From the human T2T-CHM13v2.0 reference genome, Homo sapiens, in assembly GCF_009914755.1 (NCBI RefSeq), contig NC_060938.1: a stretch of DNA of 64,000 nucleotides; one strand, 5' to 3'. Of the stretch, positions 53,614-64,000 are shown piece after piece (position 1 is the first letter of the stretch; each line of letters begins with the position of its first letter). Both the position numbers and the translations under genes were made by a program. Below the pieces are notes generated by a model. It had not been told where the DNA came from and did not search any database. It saw only the letters and a program-made list of their open reading frames with translations.

Positions 53614-54146
53614 GGCCACGTGCAGTGGTTCACATCTGTAATCCCAGCACTTTGGGAGGCCAAGGCAGGAGGATCACTTGAGCCCAGGAGTTCAAAGCCA
53701 GCCTGAGCAACACAGGAAGACCCCATTACTACAAAATAAATAAATAAATAAAACTTTTTGGAAATCTTTACTTTTCAAAATCTGGGCTGTTTAAGATCTG
53801 GCCCAAAGAAATCCTTGGAAATTTATTTCTCATGACTCTTACATACTTTGCATTTCAGCCAAAGCCCTTATTTTCTCTAAGTATGCCTCAGATCATTCTA
53901 TTTCCCCTGCCTGTTTTCATCCTTCTTTGTCTCTTCTCTTCTTCCCTTCTCCTTATTCCTGGATTTGGAGATAGTCTTACCTTTTTCAGCTTCTCTTTTT
54001 CTGTCAGTGCCTTTTAAACCTTTATTCCATTCTTTGTATATACCTTATCCCTACTAGACTTGCTAACTTTTTAATTAGTCAAGCATAGTGGCTGTGATCA
54101 CACCACTGCATTCCAGCCTGAGCAACAGACCTCAAAAAAAAAAAAA
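53614..54146 (+). mobile_element. AluJ split in its linker by a 305-bp insert (53760-54064); right arm internally deleted
   Basis: Left arm 53614-53750. Right arm AATTAGTCAAGCATAGTGGC...CCAGCCTGAGCAACAGA-poly-A from 54073. Degenerate TSD AACTCAGACGAACTA / AACTTCTGATAAACTA. Confidence 0.8.
53919..54060 (-). repeat. Inverted copy of 52920-53062
   Basis: Reverse-complement alignment with about 15 substitutions and 1 gap in 143 bp. Confidence 0.92.
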
Positions 54147-54824
54147 CTTCTGATAAACTAAACATAAAGAGAAGCTGAATGGCCTTTAAAATACACATTG
54201 GGGATGGTTCATGCCAGAGTCTCACTGAGTTCACCGTATGTTTTAAAATAGTTTGAAATATTAGCCCAACTAACTTTTGTTAGAAACCCAGTTGATCTCA
54301 GGAAAATAAACAGAAATATATTAATTTGACACAAAAGTGATGCTGTTAGAAGACAATCCCATCTGGTTCTTAAAAGGCAGCTCATTTTGACAATAAGTTT
54401 CACCTACATTAAGAACAGGCACAGGTTTACCCAGATCTGTATGCCCAAGGAAACATGGAAACCAGCACTGCAAGCTCATTGCCCAGAGAGGGGCATAATG
54501 AAGAGTGGCAGCATAGGTACATTCAATGCTGTATTCTAAAAGGAAATCAGAGTAAAAAGAGTTTTCCAATGTTGGTAATTTCCTATATGATGCTGCTTCT
54601 GGCTCTCTCTAGGAATGTTCTGTACAAGTAGTAGTCATATCCAAGTGCCTTAATTTAGTTGTTTGACTGAGACAGAAATCTGTCTTCACTGCAAAATAGA
54701 ACTAGCCATTTATATATCCAACATTCACTGCTTTGGGGTTTCTCCGGGGCTTCTAGAGCTTTAGTGAGTCTTTTAAATACTATTGATGATAATCACTGAA
54801 TTGGTCAACTGACTAATGAAGTTG

Positions 54825-55000
54825 ATTTATTTATGTATTTATTCTGAAACTTCATTGAGTACCTACTATGGTTCAGGCACTGGATGCTGAGAATATAATG
54901 GTGAACAAGATAAATAATTCCCTCTCTCAAGGTTATATACAGCAGCGAAAATGACATTAGTGCCTGTTCTGTGCTGTGATATGTTAAAAACTGTGGGCGT
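54825..55000 (-). mobile_element. L2 3' fragment
   Basis: CATTGAGTACCTACTATGG...CAGGCACTG...GGTGAACAAGA. Confidence 0.7.
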
Positions 55001-55024
55001 AGTTAGTTGGGGAGATACAGGGAC

Positions 55025-55305
55025 AAAGAAAGGAGAAGGAAGGAAGGAAGGAAGGAAGGAAGGAAGGAAGGAAGGAAGGAAGGAAGGGAGGGAGGGAGGG
55101 AGGGAGGGAGGGATGGATGGATGGATGGAGGGGAGAGGAGGGGAGGGCAGGGGAGGGGAGGGGAGGAGAAGGGAAGGGAGGGAGGGGAGTGGAAAGGAGA
55201 GAAGGAGGAAGGAAGGGAGGGAGGGAGGAAAGAAGGAAGGGAGGGAAGGAAGGAAAGAAGGGAAGAGAGGGAAGGGAAGGGAAGGGAAGGGAGGGAAGGA
55301 GGGAA
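55025..55305. repeat. Polypurine satellite: (GGAA)12, (GGGA)7, (GGAT)n and degenerate GA tract
   Basis: 12 consecutive GGAA at 55038-55085. About 280 bp almost purely purine. Confidence 0.97.
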
Positions 55306-57719
55306 CATACACAATGATATTGTCCCATCCTTAAGACTTTTTTTAACCTTGTTGGAGACACAAGACATAATATGAACAAAAGTGAAACATAACAGACTTG
55401 GAAACAAAAATTTTGGCTTCAAGAATATCATCAAAAAAATCACACATACACAAACACACACAAAGGTTTGAACTTTAGTATCATCTGAGTAATGTGTCAG
55501 CAGTTTTCCCTGTCAGCAAGGGAATTTGTCTGAAAAAGTCCTAATTAATGAGTCTTCCTTTGAAATCTGAGTTGAGATGCTAAAAGAGCTCTCCATGCTG
55601 GCACAAAGCAATTTATACACATTTGAGAAATGATTCTGTAAAGAAAACTTCAAGAACATCATTATATTTGGAGTGCACCTGCTGGGGAGCCAACTGTTGG
55701 ACATTTTTAGATGCTACCTCAGCAGCCGATGAGGTTTGAATGTGTAATTATTGTATTTATATTCTTATACTCTGCCAAAGTTCATTGTAAAATAGTGTCA
55801 TTTTCCATATAGTTTTTGACCTGTCCTTTAGACCCAGGTCCATCTGCTTTTCTAGTGTGATGACTTTAAGTTGGAGACTGTGAAGCACAGAGTCAAGAAG
55901 ATAAATAGAAGTTGCATCTCCACTCCAAGGCAAAGTTCTTAAAAATGCAAAACTAATAACATGAGCTATTATGATATATCTATGCTAAGTGAAGCACAGA
56001 AAAGTGATGTGGAGAGAGGTTACCTCTTGACATCACAGTTGGGGCTAAAGCAGTTTTTTTCACAATGTAGTTATGGCTCATATCACACTCTTAAGTATAA
56101 AATAATAGACCAATTTTTTCTTGTCTTACAATGAATTTATTTAAACTGAGAACGCCTTCTGACCCTATTAGCAGAAGAGTCAACTTCAGTCGTTAATGGA
56201 GCTTGCTACACACTCTCACTCTTGGGGTCATGGAGAGGTCTCGAGGTTTTGTGATGAAAAGAAGAGCACATTGGAGGAGACCCCTCTCATGTTCAGTCCA
56301 CAGCAGTTACCACTGAGACGGCATGTTCCACGCCCATCTCCCTTGAAGTATGGCAGCTCTCTGCTTCCCAGTTTTGATTGGGGCACTCCCACTTTGTGGG
56401 AGGCTGAGAATTCTTGTCCTATGTCATCTTCCCTGCTGCTCCATGTCACCCTTTTCCCTGAGGTCTGGCCACCCATACTGGGTGCAGCTGAGAGCAGAGA
56501 TCTGCGCTTAATACATCTTCCTTTCCTCTCTCCCCTAATTCCTGACCAGCATAATCCCCCACAAAGAACTCAGGCTTCCAAGGGGAAAAAATCCAGGAAG
56601 ACAAATTGTTTAATTTTTTTTCAACCATCAACAAACCCTCCTTGATGGCAAATGAGCGTAAGAGCCCAGCAACCTGGAAGGAAATGATGAGCACAAAATC
56701 AAGGAAGAACTAAAACACAATCAATGTCTCAATACATCATCCTGCCACAGTCAAATAACATCATTTGAACTTCAGAAGAGCTAGAAATGGATACGTTCTA
56801 GTAATGTCAGGATTCGGGAATTGCTTCTCAGATTTTTTTTCCATTAGTCAATGCAAAATGGAACATGAATGTCGGAAGTGTGAAAGCAGCTCCTAGTTTC
56901 CTCGTGGGAATAGAGATAGAATAAACAAAAAGACATAACTCCCTTCTCTCATTCACACAGAAAAGCATTGCAATTAACACAGACCAGAGCAGGCCTGGAG
57001 CTATTTTTCCTATTCAACAGCATGCAATGTGTTTACATTTCATTAAGATCCATATTCACACTGGTGATGGCATGACACAAAGTCCAGGGCTACTTTGCCC
57101 CTGAAGTGGTACCCCAATGTGACTGCAGTTATTAGAGTGTTCAGGGATAGCCATCTGTGATTTCATACTAGAGATTAAGATCTTTGAGGAGAGAGAGATA
57201 GAAATAGCACCAACACTTATAAACTCAAATTAGTATGTATGCTTGCCAGATACAGCACAGAAAAAAAATAATTAATGACCATTTTAATGTGAATTATGGA
57301 TGTGTGACCTAGGTCACACTCTGAGTACCTATCCTCCAGTTCTGAAACTTTTTTTGGTGGAAGAATGAAATAATATCAAAAATATGATCATTTGAAACTG
57401 GCTGAAGCAAAATGAGTGAGTTGGCTGTTGCCTGGTCTCTCCAGGTATTCAGCAACAACCTCCAGGGAAATTTTGTTTTGGCTGATATGCAAAGCTGATG
57501 GAGCCAAGGTCCTGTCTTCAAAACATGAGTGTAAGTGACATGCTGGAAGAACATTTGTGCAGTCTTCACGGACAAATTCATCTCAGTGGTTAGCATTCTT
57601 ATTTGTGACTTAATGAATAATTGTTGAATGAATGGATGATTGTGTGAATGAGCAAGTAAATGAAAGGTTGCAAAGGCCCTCAGAATGAAAGGCGCTTTAG
57701 GGATTGCTTTTCACCAAAA

Positions 57720-58665
57720 GTAGAGTGAGAAAGAGAGAGAGTGCTGTGAGACAAGGATGAAGATGAAAACAAGGGCCAGATAACTCAGCATCTGGCATGC
57801 CATGGTAAGGAGATGGACTGTATTTTTGATGATATTGGAAGCTTCTGATGGATTTTTAGCAGCTCAATGACGTGATCTGTGCTTTAATTCTGAGTACTAC
57901 ATTTAGAATAAAATAGAATTGCAGTGGCGTATACAGGACAAGTATGGTGCTACACAATAGTCCAAGAGAAAGATGATGGAGGCTTGGACCAAAATGGGGT
58001 TGACAAAGGAAAAGACAAGCAGACAGGTCCAAGACATTTTGAAAAGAGGAGTCAAGGACAACTACCAGGTTTTTGCTTTAGTGACTAGAGGACAAGGAAA
58101 CCATTTACCGGGATGGAGAGGACTGGATATGGCCAACTTAGAGAGGAAAATCATGGAGTCCAGTTTTGATGCTAAGTTTAAGAGGCAAGTGAGGCATGCA
58201 AAGGGAGATGTTGAGAAGGCAATTAGAGATGAGTCCTGCACCCAGCACAACTAACTAGAGATCAAAAGCTTGGAGTGATCAGCATAGACATGGTACTTAA
58301 AATCATAGAAAGGATCAGATTACCTAGGGAGAGAGCACAAGCATGAAGAGGGTCCAGGGTCCAGCCCTGAGGAACTCCAATAGGAAGGGGCTGGATAGAG
58401 CAGAAAGGCCAGGAAGGAAGAAAACCAACAGAGGATGGTGGTGTCACAGAAACCAAAAAAAAAAAAAAAAAAGGAGAGAGAGAGAGAATGTCACCAGAAA
58501 AAAGGCACAAATTGCTACATGGAGTCAAGGAAGAAGAAGATGAAAAATGTTTCACTGGATTCAGCAGGAGTCATTGACTTTGATGAGCAATTCTAGCAGA
58601 AACCAGATTGCAACACAGAGCACAGTGAGAAGTGATTACACTGTAGACTACTCTTTCAGGAAGTA
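57720..58665 (-). mobile_element. L2 fragment
   Basis: GGGCCAGAT...CATGGTAAGGAG...TAGTCCAAGAGAAAGATGATGGAGGCTTGGACC...GGAGTCAAGGA...GCCCTGAGGAACTCCAA. Confidence 0.85.
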
Positions 58666-61600
58666 TATTTAACCTTCATTATTTCCATCAATTCTTTCAC
58701 CTATTTAACCCTAAAATCAAACACTTCCGTATTTGCCATGAAAATTAACAAACCACTTACAATGAAATAGCTTCAGCCATTGAAAGAATAAGGTATCAAA
58801 TGTGTGTATATATGGAAAGATGAAGGAACCAGATGTGTGTGTGTACCAGATGTATATATTAATATATAGACATGGAAAGATGAAAAAGATATATAGTTAA
58901 ATGGAAAGAAATTGAGCATTGAAAAAGAGATAAAATAAAGAAAATACACATGTATGTTTAAAAAAACAATATGTTGAAGGAATACATAGCAAAGTAATAA
59001 TTGTGATTATTTCTGAGGACGGGAGTGTGAAGCATTTTCATACTGTGTGTCATACAAATTTTATAGAGGTATAACTTATTTTTGTAATTAGAGAAAAATA
59101 AGTTTGTTTTTTTTAGGACCATTACAAAACGCCGTATCAAAAGAAAATGCCCTTAACCCACAGGAGCTCACATTTAATTGGTCTATAAGGTGTGGCCTAA
59201 AAGAGCTAACACATTCTAACTGCTCTGCAGAGGAAAAGACCATCCATCTTTACCAGAGAGCAGCCGACTTTTGGTTGGGACTCTTCATAAAACATCCTGT
59301 AAAAAAATCTTCTAAAAGTCAGTTATAAACTTCCAAACTTTCCAGCAAAGAAATATGCTTTAGTGCAAAGTAGAATCTGACTTGAGAAGTGCCACAGATG
59401 GAAGACTGTCTTCAAATACAAGTTTAAATTATCTTCCTTCTGTGTCTGCTTTAATGGCAAGCACTTGATAAGTTTCTTTTTTCTAATAAATTACCAATAA
59501 GTAATTTAAAAAATGCAATGTTTTTAAAAGCAAGTCAGACAATTTACAACTGATAAATCAAAAGATCTGAAACTATGGTAACATGGTCAAAGTCAATATT
59601 AGCCGTGTTTATACATCAAAAGTGTGGATCTAGCCAAATGAACAATGCTCCATAGGGAAAAATGTTTTATTGACCTCAAGGGCAACAGTTGGTTTCCAAG
59701 AAGGAAATTTCATTACTTTGTGTTATGTGTTCTACTACAGATCCTGCTTTGTTGTAAACTTGTCATTTTGAGTCTGAGTTCTGTATTTGTTGCTGAAATA
59801 CAGGGGCAGTGAATCTACACGCTGAGAACCCAGAGTGGAAACTGGTTTCCTTTCATTTGTTCTGACTCAACATCCAATCAGCACCAGTGACCTACTGAAC
59901 TGGCATGAGGGAACACACATGAAGAGGAAGATACTCAATTAGATCTGTGCCCTTCACAATCTTCAATTTGTCAGTCAAGCCACCCTCTAATTCATATCTA
60001 TTCCTGGATACATAATTTTTCTGTTCCAGAACATATTGTCTGTTTTAGCTTTACAATCCAAAATAGAATTGGCTGGCTTTTGTTTTAACAATTTGCAAAG
60101 TGTCTCTAATTTGCTGCTACCCATTTTCACCTTTCTTTTTCCTACCAAACATCTGTTCACTTTACATTTTTTTCTGATCATTCTATCCTAACATTCTATT
60201 CTAACATATAATTTCCTGACACTCTCAAAAACAAACAAAAACCTCTTGGGAGCCATTCATTCAACTGTTCACATTCAAGGTTATTATAACTCAGTTTGGG
60301 AGAAATATAAAATACAATTTTATTAATAATTTAAATAGATTTCCAGCTCAAAATGTCCAACCCCCTAATTCTACAAATAAGAAAATTACTAAGCCCACTA
60401 ATATCTGATGGCCTGATCAGAGCACATTAAGAAATGGCTCAGATCTATGACTACTACCTAAAAAAGCACTGGAGACTTTTTTACATGCATAGGTCGGTAA
60501 TAACAATAGTAAAGGAAACATCACATTGGTTTTATATTACAATTATTTGGGACTATTTGTCTTCCCCAATAGATGGTAATACACTAGAGAGCAGAAACTA
60601 TGATGTGTTCATTTTACTTATAGCAGCACATCTTGCACATAGGAATGCTTAATAAATATTTGCCGTCTTCAATGTGTTGAGTGGCTTTGTAGTTGACCTC
60701 CTGGTAACAAGATGGTTGCTGGGTAACTAGCATCACTTACAAACACAGCAATATCCAGCAGAAGAAGAACTGGTTCTTCTGGGTCACCTGAGTACATCTG
60801 AACCACTCACTTTTAAGGGGAATGGAGTCACTATGCCTGGTTTTATGAAGTCACCAGCAATATCTGTGTAACACTAATAACACTTTGTAACAACCTTGGA
60901 GCTTGCTTGTAGAGACCTATAAATAAAAATGCAAACTGCCAAGTTGTGTGTACTTTACAATTCAACTTTGTAAAATGTTTGCACATATGGCAAAAAAAAA
61001 CTCTGAAATATATACCTATTAAAATATATTTGCTTGACAGGATAAAGGCTCCTTTTCTTCTGTTGTCAATTTCTTTCTTAATATTGTTGGATTGTTTTAG
61101 AACTTTTTTAAAAAATCAAGTGAACTTTAATATTCACATACATAGCCCAGTTTAACGAGACAATAGTCTTTGACCTCTGATCTTCCCCTTCAGGACTGAC
61201 TACCCAAGAGATAGATGACCCTCCCCAGGGCAAATCTATTCCAGGAGCAACTGAGACAGATTCCCCAGGTGATGAGCATTGATAGCAGCTTCACTTTTCT
61301 TGACGATGTCCAATGAGAGTGCACTGAAGGTTGCTGAGATAAGTGGCAACACCTGCTATGTGTGGAAATTTGGGAAGGATGGTAGTGTTTGGGAGAGCTC
61401 TGAGTCATCCTCTGGCCCTTCTGTTGGCTCCTCAGAAGCTGACTTCAATGGATGATGGTGACATCCTGGAAGATGCCACAGCAACTGCACCCACAGTGTG
61501 GTGTGATGGAATGAGAAGGGAGGAGCCTGAACTACCCAGGGAGCAGGTCAAATCAGGAGATCATGCCTGCTGGGACACGTCATTGAGGGTGAACAAGCAA

Positions 61601-62034
61601 AGAAAAAGAGACCACCACAGTGAAATTTTACAGTATTGGCTGTTGGATGGTTTTCCAGGGTAGGAGGTTATATTGTGTGTTAGTTGTAAAAGTTTTTTTG
61701 TATAGGTTGTGGCCAGGAAGCTTGCAGTGAAAATAAAATGGCAGCCTACCAGTGCAGGACAGGACAGACATTTTCTAGGGCTTATGGATGGGGCTTGCTC
61801 CAGTGAGCACTCCTAAAGAGACAGGTGCCATATGCTTCGGAACAGCTCCATCCATTTTCCATTCTTAATCTCCTCCAACAGGCACAGCATACTGAGTACT
61901 GAATCTATTGAACTAGTTTACTTTGTAATAAACAAATATTTCCATTTTGACTTTCTAAGGTAAGAGATTTTTATATCATATATAAAAAATAAATCATAAG
62001 CATCAAATATCAAATAATCATTATAGATAGCAAG

Positions 62035-62520
62035 TAAAAATGTCCAGAAACACTCCATTGACCAAATAATCAAAGAAATGTTAATTAAAATAATACAGAA
62101 TGTTTTTCATTCATTACACTAGAAAAAGTATTTAACAATATTAAGTTGAGGAGAAGGAGAAGTGAAACGAAAATGGATACTCTAGTGCCATGTAAATTAG
62201 AATCACCTTTTATAGAGAGTAATTTAGCATACAAACAAAATGATCATCTCATAGGAACCAGCAAATATATCACAGAAATCTAATTCAAGAAATAATCCAA
62301 AATGTAGAAAAATCTGTAGACCCAAAGATGTTTGTCATAGTGTTCTTTATATTAACCTAAATATAAAATAATTGGGGGCCATTAAACTAAATCATAAAAT
62401 ATAACATCAATCAACTATTGTGCCACCATTATCAACCCTAGTTAGGAAAACTGTGTTGAGGTAGAGAAAAAGTACAATTTAACCCATGCTTTAATTTTGA
62501 AACACAGAGAAAATGTATGC
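62035..62520 (+). mobile_element. Old L1M (L1ME-like) fragment
   Basis: AATAATCAAAGAAATGTTAATTAAAATAA...TGTAAATTAG...AAAGATGTTTGTCATAGTGTT. Confidence 0.65.
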
Positions 62521-62565
62521 TTATCTTGTCTGCAATTAATTTGGTCATCCTGCTGAGCCCCCATT

Positions 62566-63902
62566 TGATATGGTTTGGTTCTGTGTCCCCAGCCAAATCT
62601 CATCTCAAACTGTAATCCCAACCTGTTGAGGGAGGGACTTGGTGGGAGGTGATTGGATCATGGAAGCAGTTTCTCCCATGCTGTTCTCATCATAGTGAGG
62701 GAGTTCTCATGAGATCTGATGGTTTAAAAGTGGCAGTTTCCCCTGCCTACTCTGTCTCTCCTGACACCATGTAAGATGTGCCATGCTTCCCCTTTGCCTT
62801 CCACCGTAATTGTAAGTTTCCTGAGGCCTACCTAGCCATGCAGAATGGTGAGTCAATTAAACCTCTTTTCTTTATAAGCTTCCCAGTCTCAGGCAGTTCT
62901 TGATAGCAGTGTGAAATGGGCTAATACAGAGAATTGGTACTGGCAGAGGAGGGTAATGCTATAAAGATAAACTGAAAATGTGGAATCAGCTTTGGAACTG
63001 GGTAATGGGCCAGAGGCTGGAACAGTTTGGAGGACTCAGAAAAAGACAAGAAGATGTGGGAAAGTTCGAAACTTCCTAGAAATTTGTTGAATGGTTTTGA
63101 CCAAAATGCTGATAATGATATGAACAATGAAGTCCAGGCTAAGGTGGTCTCAGATGGAGATGAGGAACTTATTGGGAACTGGAGTAAAGGTCACTCTTGC
63201 TATGCTTTACAAAGAGACTGGTGGCATTTTGCCCCTGCCCTAGAGATCTGTGGAATATTGAACTTGAGAGAGATTATTTAGGGTATCTAGTGGAACAAAT
63301 TTCTAAGCAGCAAACCATTCAAGAGGTCACCTGGCCAATTCAGAAAGCATTCAGTCATGTGTATTCACAAAGAGATTATCTGAAACTTGGAACTTTTATT
63401 TAAAAGGGAAGCAGAGCATAAAAGTTTTGAATATTTGCAGCCCGACCATGAGGTAGAAAAGTAAAACCCATTTTCTGGGGAGAAATTCAAGCTGGCTGCA
63501 GAAATTTGCATAAGTAACAAGGAGTTGAGTGTTAATCCCTAAGACAATGGGGAAAATGTCCCCAAGGCATTTCAGAGATCTTCACAGCAGCCCTTTCCAT
63601 CAAAGGCCTGGAGGCCTAGGAGGCCTAGGAGGAGGCCCAGGGCTCTGCTGCTTTGTAGAGCCTTGAAACTTGATGCCCTGCATCCCAGCTGCTCTAGCCC
63701 CAGCCATGGCTAAAAGGGACCAAGGTACAGCTCCAGCCATTGCTTCAGAAGATGCAAGTCCCAAGTCTTGGTGGCTTCCATGTGGTGTTGGGCCTGTGGG
63801 TGCATGGAAGACAAGAGTTGAGGTTTGGGAACCTCCACTTAGATTTCAGGAATGTATGAAAATACCTGGATATCCAGGCAGAAGTCTGCTGCAGGGGTGG
63901 AG
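62566..63902 (+). mobile_element. THE1D 5' LTR (62566-62928) and internal region truncated near 63902
   Basis: TGATATGGTTTGGTTCTGTGTCCCC...GTGATTGGATCATGG...TTTAAAAGTGGCAGTTTCCCC...CTAATACA. The internal region is homologous to the THE1C internals at 2.5-5.9 kb. Confidence 0.9.
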
Positions 63903-64000
63903 ATGTGCCTAAACAGGAAAGAAGTCCAGAGGTTTCTGAGTTAGTTGATTTAGTGGCTCCTTAGTATAATCCTAGGTTCTTTTTATAAACTGGTTCTGCC

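Overview
This is primate (most likely human) AT-rich intronic or intergenic DNA, roughly half interspersed repeats. Recognisable families are Alu (J, S, Y), L1 (PA, MA, ME), L2, L3/CR1, MIR, MaLR LTRs (THE1C, THE1D, MLT1), ERVL LTRs (LTR16, LTR33), an ERV1 MER41 piece and hAT fossils (MER33, MER5, MER58, MER63, MER81, Charlie7). I recognise no protein-coding gene, RNA gene or CpG island. The ORF track is mostly repeat- or microsatellite-derived noise, and I see no evidence of a new protein-coding system. The notable features are structural. (1) Three short inverted copies of nearby DNA, each lying 0.85-1.15 kb to the right of its source and inside a transposon, plus a perfect 16-bp-arm hairpin. 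(2) A MER41 transcript apparently retroposed by L1 (poly-A tail, 14-bp TSD, no U5) that keeps one STAT-type GAS site. (3) A THE1C provirus nested in another THE1C, with both TSDs intact. (4) A weak three-exon minus-strand ORF candidate. Family names come from recalled consensus sequences, not a database search. Mismatch counts are by hand, and boundaries of old repeats are approximate.
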